Assembly: GCA_013265495.1 (NCBI GenBank)
Contig: MU058213.1
Span: forward strand, 6,097,149-6,161,148
Reading direction: 5' to 3'
DNA length: 64,000 nt
From: Vicugna vicugna
Taxonomy: Eukaryota
Position numbers and translations under genes: made by a program
Notes under the pieces: model-generated
The model's input: the letters and a program-made list of their open reading frames with translations, nothing else
What the model was told of the DNA's origin: nothing
The model's database searches: none
In this document: positions 39,611 through 53,514 of the stretch, in pieces
Numbering within the stretch: the stretch's first letter is position 1
Layout of the letters: every line of letters begins with the position of its first letter

Positions 39611-41277
39611 ATGGGAAACCAAGAGTCTGTCCCTGCTGGGACTCCTTTGGGCTGCATGTTGGCCAACTGGGACCGTTTGAATCCACAAACCCTCAAAAGA
39701 AAAACACTTATATTCCTTTGTAATGTTGCCTGGCCACAATATCGACATCCCTGAGAGGAAGCATGGCCTATAAACGGGAGCATAAACGCACCATCTTGTT
39801 CCAGCTTGACCTCTTCTGCAAGAGACAAGGCAAATGGTCTGAAACACCATGCATTTGTATCTTTTACTTCCTGAGGGACAGCAGTGATCTCCTAGAAGGA
39901 TGTAAGTTAACCACTCAGGTAATGGTTACATCTAATAACCTACTGTCCTCAACACCCCCTAGAGAAGGGGACTCTCCTAAACCTACGCCCTGCCCTGCTC
40001 TCCCTACCATATACCCCTCGTTTCCCTCATACTCAGGAAAGACACTGCCTTCAGCTCCTCCATTACCTGTGATAGCTAAGACCTGCCCCCTGGTAGAAAC
40101 CGGTAGAGAATTTGGTCCTCAATTCATACGTAAGCTGTTTTCTCTGGTAGAACTGAGACAAATTAAGACTGATCTGGGAAATGTAGAATAGATAAACAAG
40201 ATTGTACGGTATAGCACAGGGAAATACATACAGGATCTTGTGGTGGCTCACAGCGAAAGAGAATGTGACAGTGAATGTATGTATGTTCATGCATAACTGA
40301 AAAATTATGCTTTACACTGGAATTTGACACAACATTGTAAAAGGACTATAACTCAATAAAAAAAGTTAAAAAAAAAAAAGACTGATCTGGGAAGCTATTC
40401 AGATAACCTAGATAAATACACAGAGGCATTCCAACTCCTCACTCTGGCATACGATCTCACCTGGAAAGATGTTAATATTATCCTTGGCCAAACCCTATCT
40501 GACATAGAAAAGGAAAGTGTTCTCAGAGAAGCCAGGAAATATGCAGATAATCTACATCTATCTAACGACAATTACCCCATAGAAACAGCTGTTCCCCCTA
40601 TGGGCCCCAGGTGGGATTACAATGACCTTAACCAAAAGTGGGAAAGGGACCACGTTTTAATCTGTGTTAAGGCTGGACTCCAGGCAGCCCGCAGAAGGTT
40701 ACAGTTATTCTAAGGTGTTGGCTGTTACTCAGGAGCCCGGAGAAAACCCCACTTCTTTCATAGAGCGGCTCCAGGAGGCACTTACTAAGTATATTAACTT
40801 AGACCTCAGCTCATATAAGGGACAAATTATCTCAAAGGATAAATTTATCACTCAGTCTGCCCCCGATATTAGACGAAAACACCAAAAGGGGATCCTGGAA
40901 CCTGGAGTAAGTTTTGATGAAGTGCTAACCATTGCTGCCACGGTTTTTTATAATCGAGATCAGATGCAAGAGGCCAGGGCTCAGGAGAAAGAAAGAAGGA
41001 AGGAGGCCAGGCCTGCCCAGGTGACTGCAGCCCCTCAAGGGCAGCCACCGCCCTAACGTACCCGGCCCCCAACAGCCCAAGTAAGTCCAACGAGAAGAGC
41101 AGCATCTGCCGCCGACCTGGTCATTGGGCCAAAGAATGTCCTTATAGGGACAGATGTCCAAGATCTGCCTGCTTTCAGTGTAGCCAACAGGGGCATGGGG
41201 TGGTCCTCTGTCCTTCAAGCCAAATGGCTCGCAGGGGAAAACCGGCCCAAGACCTGCAGATGGTTGTCCAGGACTGA
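39611..41277 (+). pseudogene. ERV gag pseudogene (interrupted by stops, frameshifts and an L1 insertion)
   Basis: MGNQESVPAGTPLGCMLANWDRLNPQTLKRKTLIFLCNVAWPQY, LDLFCKRQGKWSE, major-homology-like QEPGENPTSFIERLQEAL, two CCHC-type knuckles, GAC-TGA gag end. Confidence 0.9.
40181..40377 (+). mobile_element. 5'-truncated L1 3' end nested in ERV gag
   Basis: L1 3'UTR-like text (tatagcacagggaaa...gactataactcaataaa) plus poly(A); perfect 16-bp TSD aagactgatctgggaa at 40165-40180 and 40378-40393; TT/AAGA endonuclease-type site. Confidence 0.9.
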
Positions 41278-43160
41278 AGAAGCCCCCTGCAGTCAGCCCC
41301 AACGCAAAAGATCCCCATCTCTGGGCTGGAGCCACGGGGACAAATGGATGTGACAGGCAGGACAGTAACTTTCCTTTTGGATACTGAGACCACCCAACTT
41401 CCTTCTCCAGACCCTTCTCTAGATTCTGTACCATCATGGGAATCACAGGTAAACCGACCCTAATATTCTTTACTCACTCCCTTTGTTGTTTCTGGGACGA
41501 ACGCTCCCTCGTACATTCTTTCTTATGCATGCCAGAGTGTCAGCCCCTTTTTAGGCTGAGATCTTTACAAGTTGGGAACCCGAGTTATCCTGGGAGAAAA
41601 TCCCCAAACCTCCACCTCTTTACAACTCTTATTGCTCTCTGGGGAAGGAGAAAGACCTCTGGACCCAGAGGCCTGGGAGAATAAAATTAATCCTGCTGCC
41701 TGGGATCCAGTTATCCCAGGGCGAGCAAAGACAGCTGCTCCCGTTGTCACCTCCCTCAGAGATCCCACCTGGTTCCCTAATCGAAAACAATATCCTTTAA
41801 AACCTGAGGCAAGGAAGGGCCTTCAGCTTATAATTTCTAAGCTCTTACAGTGTTAACTCCTCCTGCAACACACCTGTCCTTCCAGTCATTAAAAAAGACG
41901 GGACCTATAGGCTGGTCCAGGATTTACGAATCATAAATGAGGCAGCAGTGCCTCTTCATCCAGTGGTTCCAAACCCGTGTGTCACTGGGGAACCTCCCTC
42001 CAGGAGCCCCAGTGGTGCCCAACCTTAGACCTAAAGGTGCTTTCTCCCGTGTACCCCTTAGTCCCCAGTCCCAGTATTTATTTGCCTTCCAGTGGAACTC
42101 ACCCAATGGGTATCAACACCAGCTACCCAGGACAGCACGACCGCCGGGGTTTGGAGACAGTCCTCACCTCTTTGGGCAAGCTTTGGCCCAACATTTACAG
42201 GGCTTACAGCCTGAAAAAGGAACTACTCTCCAATATGTAGATGATCTACTTATCTGCCCTCTTACTGGAGATCAGGCCACCCAGCATGCAGTCCAAACTC
42301 TTAATTTCTTGGCTGAGTGGGGATATAAAGTTTTTAGGTCCAAGGCTAAAATGGTCAAACAAGAAGTAACTTATCTAGGAATTGTCCTGACTCCTGGACA
42401 CCGCAGCCTTTCCCCTGAATGAATTCAGGGACTCTTATAACTCCTAATCCCACTACTCGAAAACAGCTCAGGGCATTTCTCAGACTAACAGGTTCCTGTA
42501 GGCTTTGGATCCCTAACTATAGGTCCATAGCCCAACCTCCAAATGACAGCTTAAAGGGTGAGGATGACCCAGGACCTCTCCAGTGGGGTCCTTCCCAACA
42601 GGAAGCAATGGAAGAATTAAAAAAATCCCCTAGTAGGATCCCTGGCCTTGGGGTTTCCAGATCCCACAAGGCCTTTGCGGTTGTACGTTCATGAGAGAGG
42701 AGGAATAGCCTTGGGGGTCCTCGCCCTACGGCTGGGTCCCACCCAGCAGCCCATGGGATACCTCTCCAAGTGGCTAGATCCCACTGCTCGAGGCTGGCCT
42801 TCCTGCCTAAGAGTGTTGGGAGCCCTCTCCAGTCTCCTGGAGGAAGCTTTTAAGCTAACTCTGGGGGCCCCTATACAAGCATATGCTAACCACCAAGTTT
42901 CTGATCTTTTAAAAGGCAAGGGACATTTCTGGCTCTCAGATGCTCGGCTTCTTAAACAGGTATTATTATTGGAAAACCCAGATGTCACTGTCTCCGTCTG
43001 TGGAACACTCAGTCCTGCTACACTATTACCATCACCAGACGAGGCTCCTCCCTTTCATCTATGTCATGGGACCCTGTCCATTTCTCTAGGAGCGAGAACA
43101 GATCTCACCGACCAACCCCTGGAAAACCCTGATGAGATCTGGTTCACTGATGGGAGCCAC
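41278..43160 (+). pseudogene. ERV pro-pol pseudogene (protease, RT, connection, start of RNase H); integrase deleted
   Basis: FLLDTET (degenerate DTGA), [47 protein letters not shown], ends at WFTDGS. Confidence 0.92.
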
Positions 43161-43779
43161 ATATTCTTGGGAACCTCTTAGCAGTCTGTGACTGCTTTTC
43201 AAGCGACACTCTGGGGAGACTGTCCCATCACCCCAGGGGACTACGGATCCCTGTTAGATAAACCTCTTTCTTAAATGTCTCCTGGCTCTAATCTGTCCTC
43301 CTCTGGGCCCCCACCAAACTGTTTTAATACTAATTTAAAATGTCTCTGACATTAGGGTTCCTCTTTTTTCTCTTCCTTTGGTTCACTGGGCTAACACTCC
43401 AACATCTGCCGACTAAAGCCTAAATCAACAGAAAACACAGACATCAATTTTTTTTAAAGACAATTTTTCCATCTAACTAGGTATGACCTTGTCGGCCCAC
43501 TTCATCCCTTGGCTAAGATTAGCTCTGCATATTTGACCTCTGTCTTTTCAACCTTCCTATAAAATGTGTTTCTTCTCATCTAGAGTCAAACTTCAAATGT
43601 CTGTCCAACAAGGTGATCAGCCAATCAGCCAAGACAGTTTTATACAAGCCTCTTGATGGACACCGACGCTTCGCTCACCACCAGTGACCCCAAAGCGCCC
43701 CATCGTCCCCCCCAATCAGCAGGAAGTAGCTAGAGCGGTGGTCGCCCTCTGTGTCCCAAAGATTTGGGGTCCTGTGACT
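43161..43779 (+). pseudogene. ERV env 3' remnant and 3' untranslated region
   Basis: Decayed TM-tail-like sequence (ctctgtcttttcaaccttcctataaaatgtgtttcttctcatctagag...caaacttcaaatg) and the typical cagcaggaagtagctagagcgg motif before the PPT. Confidence 0.6.
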
Positions 43780-43790
43780 AGAGGGGGGAA
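43780..43790 (+). promoter_or_regulatory. Polypurine tract
   Basis: agaggggggaa directly before the 3' LTR TG. Confidence 0.9.
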
Positions 43791-44332
43791 TGTTAGGCAG
43801 TTAGACAGACATGAGCACTGGGCAGGGGGAGACGAAGGGGAAACGAAGGGGAACAACCCAGAAAATAACAGCACGTCTGCTCTGAGGATAAGGGGCTCCA
43901 GAAGCCTTTGCTTTCCCTGAGGGCCAGCAAAAGAAGCCAGTTAAAATCAAAACGCTGCAGCTGAGCGTAAGAGAAGGCCCTGGCGTAACGTGACCCAATG
44001 AGCCTGCCCCAAAGGGGACGGGCGTGCCAGAGCGCAGGGAACCGGGTTTTCAATCAGCCTGAGCACAAGGACCTTGAGCCGCAAATCAATCAATCCATCA
44101 CGAAAACGCCCCTAAGCCAGGAGGTAGACACGGGAAAAATAAAGGCGCAGCGCCTTTCTTCCTCCCCTGGATGGCCCGCTCCCAGTTCTCGGAAGTGCAC
44201 TATCTTTCACTACCTTTTTACTTCACGAATAAAAATCTTGCTTATGTCATGCTTTCTGTCTCTCGTTAAAACTTGTTTTTTTTTGGGTGACCAAGAACCG
44301 AGGTAATTCCTATTTCCCTTTACCCGGTAACA
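43791..44332 (+). repeat. 3' LTR of the provirus
   Basis: TGTTAGG...GGTAACA, homologous to the 5' LTR. Confidence 0.95.
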
Positions 44333-45129
44333 GTCAGACGTGTCAAAGTGACAACAGTCCGCACGGAGGGCCCTTGTCATCAGGTGAAGGCAGCTCCTTA
44401 GGGAGCAAATCTTCGCGGCCACCGGATGGCCGGTCGTTCCATGCATCATCCAACCAGGTCCCTCGAGAGCAAACGGGGACACTGTGAAATGATTATTAGG
44501 TTGATATATATACATTGAACTGCTGGTATTTGACTCTCTGACTCACAAACAAGGCAGATTCATAAGGATCCGCCTAAGTTATCAGGACGACAGGTGTAAA
44601 GAGACAGTTCTGGACGAACCAACACACACGGTGACCCTACAAATTAACGGTCTGCTACAGAATGTTTCTCACACAGGGATCCCTCAGGCGTCTGCATTTA
44701 CAATTTTTGTGAGTCCGTGACATTTTTGCTTTTTAAAATTGATACATTTTCATTTCAATGATAACCTTTAAAAATCTAATATCAACAGACTGTGTTACAC
44801 CCAAACACCGCTGAGAGACTTAAGCACTCATGTTCGCATTCACATCCGCCACCAGACCAGCTGGCACCATACTTAGGCTGTTAAAAAAAAAATGATTTGG
44901 TTTCCGCAGGACAACATCATCCTTCTTGTTAAGTTAATGTTCTTATTTATCGTTATGTTTTTTTTCCCCTGACCAAAAAACAAACAAGAAAGAACACACA
45001 CAAAAAACCTCTTAATGGGTCCATAAGCTATTGTGGCTTCAGATTTCACTACTTTATCAGGTAAAAGAAAGTGTCTAAGAGAAGAGGTTAAAAAAAAAAA
45101 ATCAGCTGTCCCGCAGGGGCTATGTGGAA

Positions 45130-45670
45130 GCCCTGCTTAGTCATTCACTCAGGGAAGACGGGTAAGAACACTTCCTTGATATTCTGGAATCTTGTGACCC
45201 AATGATTCCACTCCTATCAATTTATCCTAAAAGCATTAGTAAACAAATGCACAATGACACATAAAAGGATGCTTACTGCATCCTTTTATTTATGATAGAA
45301 AAAAAAAACCCACTAAGAACAGATTAATGAGAATTTGGTTAGAAAAAATAGTGAAGCGACTGGTGAATGGGATACTACACAACTAAACAAAATAATTTAT
45401 ATTGACACACCTAGTAATAAAGAAAGTTCTCCTTGGCAGATTTTAAGAAACAACCCAGGACATGGATCAGCATGTACTAAGTAGATCTCATGTCTATAAA
45501 ACTGAATAGACCAACGTACATCTGCATAAAAAAGTTGTAAAGGGAACACACAAAATGTTAATGGTGACTATTTCTGGATACAAGTGGCTATTTTTCTTGT
45601 GGCTTCTCTGCATTTAAAAATTTTTTCTACAATGAACATGTTCCGTTTTGGTAATCAGAAAAGCAAAAAT
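45130..45670 (+). mobile_element. Ancient L1ME-like 3' fragment
   Basis: gacccaatgattccactcc...aaaatgttaatggtgactatttctgg...ttttctacaatgaacatg. Confidence 0.6.
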
Positions 45671-45684
45671 TATGAGTTATTTCA

Positions 45685-45969
<285 letters not shown>

Positions 45970-46122
45970 TCAGCACAGAAAAGACACAGAAACTCTCAGT
46001 GAAAACACGGTTTCCTTCCACACACGACATCAAACACAAAGTAAAATGAACTTGTAACCTCATCCTAGCGCGGAAGCATTCTTGTGATATGGTAAACGTA
46101 TGAAACAGAATGACTACGATAC

Positions 46123-46237
46123 CCTCTTCTCTCATCTGGACGTATTTCTTCCGGGCCACGAACTTCCTCCAGGATTTCTGGATCACTCGAGCATATCCAT
46201 CATACTTTCTCTCTCTCATTTCTTCTAGAAGAAAGAG
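46123..46237 (-). CDS. MYO1E: Myosin IE exon ~20 ([40 protein letters not shown] motif)
   Basis: tcacag / gtatcg junctions, 115 bp; IQxxWR motif. Confidence 0.97.
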
Positions 46238-49200
46238 CTGTGAACGTAGAGGAGACAAACGTGAGCTAATTTGCAGGACCTGAGCATCACTTTTTTGGGG
46301 TTACTTCAGGGACGTTCACTTTAGCCAAGGACAGAGCAGAAAGCAGCTTCTTAGACTTGTGAACAAATGTGAAAAAAATGGTTACTAGGCCATGTTGTTT
46401 ATGATTACTACAACTTTTATATATATATATATATTTTTCATTTAAAAAAAGCATAGTGGAAAGTAGCTGGATGCAAGTGTATTCCGCTCATAACCTCAGT
46501 GAGAACAAAATGAGTGATTCAACACTTAGCCACTTATTTCCCACCTTGATCCAAAGAAGGTATTCAGTGGCTAGGTCAAATGAGCTGGCGGAGGCTGGTG
46601 CTCCGTGCCGCTGTGGAAAGAGGGCCGGCCTACTTTCAGTTGCATGAAAGGACAGGCCTCCTGCCTCACGGGGATCTCCCCAGAGTCACTGGGGCAGAGG
46701 ACACTAACCGGTGGTTGGAGCTGGACCTCAGAGGGGCTAGTCAGGACTGGGATTCACTGGCAGGGGCTGAGACTGCTCCGGTTAAGGGCCCACATCAGAC
46801 CCTGGCAGGTCCTGAGATTCGGGCCGTCTTAACGATGGATGCTGACCGCTGCACCCCGCTCGACAAAGCTCTGGGATAATGAAGATGACGGCAAATAGCT
46901 GAAAGGTCCCGAGGGCCTGTTATGGGTCCAGAATCATTCTAGATGCTTTACATGCATTATTGCATTCACCCACTCAACAGCTACACGAGCCACTTACTTG
47001 TCCTCTCCATTTTACAGATGAGTATGTTGGAACTAAGACCGGAGCGGGGATGGAACAGGAACCAGGGTCTTTCTGGCTCTGCCAGACTCTCCATCAAAGT
47101 AACAGACAAGTTTTTCCCTGTAAACCTGCATCTGATCAACTCGTAAAATGGTAGGAAACACCTAGGAAGTGGTTTACAAGACTCTCTAAGAACAGAAATA
47201 AAATGGACCGATAAAAACCCAAAGCAGCAATGATGAGTGTCGTTGTAAAAAATGTTCCCGGAGTCAACAGGCAAGTTTGGTCTGAAGGTAGCTGGGCCTG
47301 ATTATCTTTCTGTTTATCTGGATCCGCACCCAGGAGCCACATCCATCTCCTCCTGACACTCAGCTTCTCCTTCTCACAGCCCCAGCCGTGTCAAAACATC
47401 TCAGACTCGAAATACCAACACCACGGGAGCAGCACGTCATTGCACAGCCTTCAGAGCCATACACAGCAGGCACAAGGAACAAAAGGGTTTTAACAACTGG
47501 ACAGAATGTTTAAAATCCGAGCCGGGCTGTCGCCTGGAAGATTATTCGTTGGTGTTTCTTATCTCGTGTGCTGGGTTTCTGAGTAAGTCTTGTTTTCTTC
47601 TTCTTCCCAGAACTATTTTGGGAGTGTCACAGAAAATACACTTGTGACTCAGGCAGCATGAAGAGGCAACCAACCCCTGACTTCCTATAGACAATTTGAA
47701 AGATTATCTGGGTTTCAGGTTGTTTCCAAAAGCCATAGGGATTAGAAATCAGGGAGGTTCAAGAAAAAAAAGAGAGAGAAGGGGGAAAAAAAAAAAAGCA
47801 AAAATCGCAGACAGATGTAACCAATAAACAAAACCAAAGCCTTAGGTGCCTGATGTCTGATGCGGATTCTTAAAGCCGGTGGATTATTTTGTATATTCAG
47901 CACATTTACTACAAAAGTCAAGGCAAAAACCACACGGTGAATTTTTAAAAACCAATTTTTTTGGTGAACGTATTTGCAATGTCAGGGCTAGGTGTGGAGG
48001 GATGAGCGACGGGGGAGGGGAGAGAGTAGTGACAGCGGGTGTGTGTGTGTGTGTGCCTATTTAAAAAGATGGGGGAGAGGAAACTCAAGTGATGGTAAAA
48101 AAGCAAGTGGGAGGAAGACATAGGGGAAAAAAAAATCTTGATTTTGGAAGTAAAATCCCAAAGCTCAACTGAATCACACACACACACACACACAAGCATG
48201 AAAAATATCAAGGCTGCTCTATGTGAAAATTTAGCAAGTTGAAAAAGTAAAAGCGGGCATACGACAACAGAGTTCTCCATTGTACCGAGACATCGCTCCA
48301 TCCCGTTTTAGAAAGAACAGGAGCTGTTCTGTGGGTTGCTTAATGGGGTATGACACAACATTTTCATTTTATATTTGGAAATGAAATTGCTGTGAAGCTA
48401 CAAATAACTCGGGGTGGAAAATGCTACCGCAAACTTTTCATAAACGGGTTCTATTGATGTGGGCCACTTATTTATTTAACAACCTTGGTGGTTCACAAAG
48501 CCATTCAGTGACAGCCATCATCATCGCTGAGTCTCGGGCTGATTGGGTGAGCCGGGAGGCTGGCAACCCCGGGGTCCATTCTAGGGGAGAAAACTCACAT
48601 CTAGTGTTTCCCTTGTGCCAACACTGCAAGTTCTCGTGGTATTTCCCCTGGATACGGTGACTAATTTTGCCAAATTCACCACAGACCCTTGACATGGAGT
48701 CTTGTGATTGTTACAAGAACCTCAGAAAGGGTGATGTCTGTGGTTGGTTAGTTCCAGCAGTTTCTCTAACTCAGGAAGCAGAGCCTTCATTCCACAGCCC
48801 CAGACCTAACGGGGCAGAAGAACTGAGGGGTGGTGGAGGGGTCCTGCTCAGCCGAGAACTTCCTGTGGGCGCTCATGAGGCTCACAGGGACCACACCCTC
48901 ATTAGGAAAGATGAAGTTCCTCTCGATTAATCCGTGGAGGTCTGATAAGTCTGTGAATTGTAAGCCGTCTATGTGCAGATTGCTTCCTGGTAAATGTTCT
49001 CTAAGCCTAAGAATGGCCCCTTCTACCTCCTGGTTTCCTCCAAGCGCTTTCCAGGCTCCTCCACGGTCTTCAAGACACAGTCCTGGGAATTCTCACTCCC
49101 GGGCTCCGCGCCTCCTTTAGGGAGGAAGCCTGAGCCTCTGTGACACGACCTGTTTGGTGTCACCCAGGGGAGGATGAAGGTTCACCCAAGCCTCCTTTGT

Positions 49201-49567
49201 GGGCAAAGAAGGACCTTTTCACTTAAGACACTACTGGATGCTAAAAATAACTACCAGGCACCTCCCATGAGCCACTTTCCCTATGAGGCTCTAAGTATAC
49301 AAAGGCACAGAAAACAGACTCAAGGAGATGACCACCTAGAATGGGAGAGACACAGTAAGAAAAGAACACATTTTACGATGACAGCTTTTTATCCACCCTG
49401 AGGGCTTTGAGGGCACAGGGGCGTGGGGAATGGGGACAGAGGGAAGCCTGCTATGAGGAGGTGTCATTTAAGGCATGAACTGAAGGATGAGGAAAAGCAG
49501 CAGCCGTGCTGTGCGGAGGGGGCCGGCCAGGGGCTGCAGGGACAGGGGTGGCCCTGAGGAAACTCAC

Positions 49568-49712
49568 GGACTCGGGGGCTTTGATGAAGACTTTGCTCCT
49601 CCCGAGCTGGAACTGGTCACTGTCCACGTTGACGGACTGCAGCAGGTGGAGGACACCTTGCTTCTCCTCCCCTCTCCACGAGGGCCAGGTGTCTTTGGTC
49701 AGGATGGCGTAC
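49568..49712 (-). CDS. MYO1E: Myosin IE exon ~19 ([48 protein letters not shown])
   Basis: tcacag / gtgagt junctions, 145 bp; myosin converter motif GxSKVFIK. Confidence 0.97.
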
Positions 49713-50637
49713 CTGTGAGGATGACGAGGGAGAGAGGGAGCAGGCTCAGACTGCATTGCCCCCAAAGGCACCTGGTGCTGCTGGGGTCCAGACCCGCCAC
49801 TCACCTCCCTCCCCAGGCTTAGGGATGGACCTTGACAGCTGCCAAAATCCACCGGGTCTGGGATGCCCATTTCAGAGCTGCCTCCCACTCCTTCCTTATC
49901 CGTTTCCATGCTAACGCCCTGGAGAAAATCTGCTTTTTCTTTCTACCACTGTCTAAAAATAGCACTGCTGAAGGTCGCCAATGACACTCTTTGGGCAAAA
50001 TCAGTCTTTTCTCAATACTGGTTTCCCTGCATTTCTTGGGAGCACTTTGCAGTCAATGCAGAGTTTTCTAAAGCTCCCCCTGAGCAGCTTCTATTATTAC
50101 TATGGAGCCTCCTCTTTGGGATTCTGTGTATCTGGAGGCCCTGGTGGCCTGGCCCTTGGCTGTTCTCCAATCCCGTCTCTCTGCCCTCCTCCTGCTCCGC
50201 GTGTCCCCAGGAGGACGGCCTCTTCTTCGTTCACACACACAGCGCTTTCCCTCAGAACCTTCGCCCGTGCCGTTCTCCAAACGCCTCACGTGGCTGGCTC
50301 CTACTCAGGGGCTCCCTTCCGTGACACTTCCAAAGGGGCCTTTGTGGATGACTCAAGCAAAAACTGGCCCCTTGCTAGTTTCCTCTGATAGAAAATAACA
50401 TTTTTCCCTCAGTGCATGTATCATAATTTGCAATTACAGTCAATCTGAGCTCACTTGATTCCTTTATGTCACCTCCCTGAGGACAAGCACTACCCGGGCG
50501 GGCACCGCCTCTGTGCGGCCCACCCTGCACACTGGGCACCTCACCCAATGCCAGGCATGCAGCGGCGAGCACGGACATCGACGGCTCCAGCGTGACGGGG
50601 CGCTCCCCGCGTCAGGCGCTGTGCTCGGTGTGACACA

Positions 50638-50713
50638 CGTACTGGAGATCGATCTAACCCAGGGCCTTGTGCATGCTAGGCATGCACTCTGCCACCAAGC
50701 TATACCCTCCCCC
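50638..50713 (-). mobile_element. tRNA-derived SINE fragment
   Basis: Diverged antisense copy ending ctataccctccccc. Confidence 0.75.
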
Positions 50714-52229
50714 CACCCTGAGGCTGCAATTTCTACCAGTTTGGTTTTTTTTTTTTAACACTTTCTGAAGGGATGAAAGTTGTATTATGCAGGTAGTGAA
50801 TAAGGGGTCTTCCTTCTACTGCTTAAGTAGTGCAGGATTTATTTCCAGGGCACATGGTCCATTGGGGGAGACACTCGAGCATCTTATAACTTTTAATCTC
50901 CAATTCTCAGTTAAGAGGGATGGTTTTGACCCATATAAAGAATTTTTCAGAGAGGAAATGGACACACTCCGAAACTGTTTTCTACGCTCTACATAGTGCC
51001 TGAACCACCGCTCTGTTAGACCTGTGGGCTTCCTTCCCAGGGAGGGGTGTGTGACACACGCACATGTGGACAGCTGTGCTGGGTAGTAATGCAGCCTCTT
51101 CCTTCAAGTTGTTACTTTCTCAGTGGTCAGTCTTTCTGTGGGCACCTAGAAAGCAACTTTATAAACAAAGCCTTTTCTCTCAGCCATGGAGAGAATAAAA
51201 GTGTGAGATGATTCAGTTACTCACAGGGAGTCACAGAATGCGAAAGTCAGTGGCAGATTCTGGACAAACTCTACATGGGCCAGGATCCCACATTCATATA
51301 CCTTACAGAAAATGGCAGTCTCTGGACAGACAGTTCTTGCTCATTGACAGGTCTATGGCCTGCTAGCCATTTTTGAGGAGGAAAATAAACAGGTACATTC
51401 TATTGAAAAACTAACTTTCCTTCTACACTTTTATTATCTTCCCAGTATTCTCAAATCAAAAGAAGTACGACATCAAAGGGCCAGCTTTTCATAAGATAAG
51501 GCTGCCCACTTGTCTCTTCTGAATGGAAAAGCCCGCAGCAGGAGAGCTAAGAAGGGAGGCATCCAAGGATAGGTATCATTTCAGAGAAAGTTCCTCAACT
51601 CAAAGGGCATAACATTCACTAAATGCTTACTCTGTGAACGCTGCAAAAGGAAGCAGCACACATGGAGCCACGCAGAGCCGTGCAGCTACCACGGCACTGA
51701 GAGAGATCTGGATCTTACAACCAGGTCATTTTGCAGCTCATTTAAGGAGCTGCTGCAAACAAGTAACAGCCCACTCAGGGGACCCCAGACTTTCCTGCCA
51801 GGGGAGGAGAGTGTGGACTTCCTGCTCTACCCCATGCAGTGGAGCTCACAGCACCACTGATGGAAGTCAGGTCTGTTGGCTTCTTTTTAAATAATATGGA
51901 AGGCAGGAGGTCTACTAGAATTGGTTTCTCAAAAAAAAAAAAGAAAAAAAAATCAACATTAGATTAAAAAGAATCTGATCTGTTTTCAATAGTAATGCTG
52001 ATTGGAGAGAATCTGTAAGAATCAGCTAGAGAGTTTTTAAGTGCAGAAAAAATACTGAAAGAGGATAAAACTGTTTTGGAATTGTTGAGGGCAGGCCTTT
52101 CTAAATCAGAGAAAGATGGAGGGCATACTTTTTGTTCACTATTTTCTGTATTTAATTTTTCCCCTCTTAATTAAAAAAGGGTATTTTCAAAGAAATGCAG
52201 TTTTGCAAAAGCTGTAATGATGATCTAAG

Positions 52230-52468
52230 CCATGGTACTCAATTGGCTTTGCCCCCTGTCGGGGACATTAGGCCATGTTTGGATACAGGTTTGGGTGTAA
52301 AAACTGGGGGAAGGCGGGGTGGGGGATGGGATGAGGGGGGTGGCGCTACTGGCGTTTAGTGGGTAGAAGCCAAGGAGATTGCTACATTCCTACAACGCAT
52401 AGGACCGCCCCCACAACGAAGACTCATCCAGCCCGAAATATCAATAGCTGAGGTTGAGAAATCCTGCT
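52230..52468. mobile_element. MER20-like hAT fossil
   Basis: gctactggcgtttagtgggtagaagccaagga...cccacaac...gaggttgagaaatcctg. Confidence 0.75.
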
Positions 52469-53514
52469 CGGAGCTAGTGCTACCCATCTGTTTAAAGAAG
52501 TGCCAAATCTTTGATAATTAACATCTCAGTTGTTTGCCAGCAAATGGATGCTGCTAGAGTGATCCAAGAGCTCTCCCAATCTATTTTCTCACCTTCCTTA
52601 AGACTTCTTTTCATACGGCTCTGCTTACGCTAGAGGTGTAGTGGTCCCTTTAATCCAGGGAGCCATGAGGGGGAGTTTTATTCCTAGTCTGATCCACCTC
52701 CAAAATTATCAGCAATCTTGAATGCAGGGGACAGAATCAATGAAGCTTTATCGTATGGAACGATCTGTCCTTCTGTTAGCCATCTCCTGACCTTCCACAT
52801 CAATGACCTTGCACATAGGATGACCCAAGTGGATGATCGGTAGGTCAGCCACCCCAGGCTCATGGCAGAACACCATCCTCAAAGGGAAAACGACTTTATT
52901 AAAAGTACTGGATTTCAAAGACAGTAACTAAGCTCTTCTCCATCCTACCACCTCTTTGTTACATAAAATTTGAATTAAAAAATTTTTTTTCTTACATCTT
53001 CCTCCTGTATCATTGACCAGGAAGACATAATTATTTTCTGATTAAAATACTATGCCTCCCTTCTTTCATAAAGGAAATTAAACAGATGTAGGAAATCAGT
53101 GGACCTCCACTAATTTAGAATCATTAGAGAAGTCAGAGTTACATAATATTTTAAGGACACTAAGTTTTATCCTTTTCAAAAAAAGGAGCACAAAAAAAGA
53201 AGAATTTAAGTATAAGTTCTGCCAAGTGCACTTTAATGGAACCATACAAGGCAGTTTAAATTTATACATGGGCGATACAAAAAATGTGAGGTTAAATACT
53301 TAAACATGTTTTCTTAAGTAGGTTATGTTCCTGAAATTGCCTTGATATTATTAATCTGCTCAGTCAAGTTAAATCTCAGTCCCTCCCATGCCACAATTAC
53401 CAGGAATTTCTGAACGTATGTGTCACTCTATACAGATAAAATACTTGAGGCTACTGATTTATTTATAATAAATGATGCTAAAAAGAATGATCACTTAATA
53501 CTAGAAAGATAAAT

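Noticed and set aside
39611..43779. Domesticated intact gag or env (syncytin-like) gene
   Set aside because: All viral frames are broken by stops and frameshifts; env is mostly deleted
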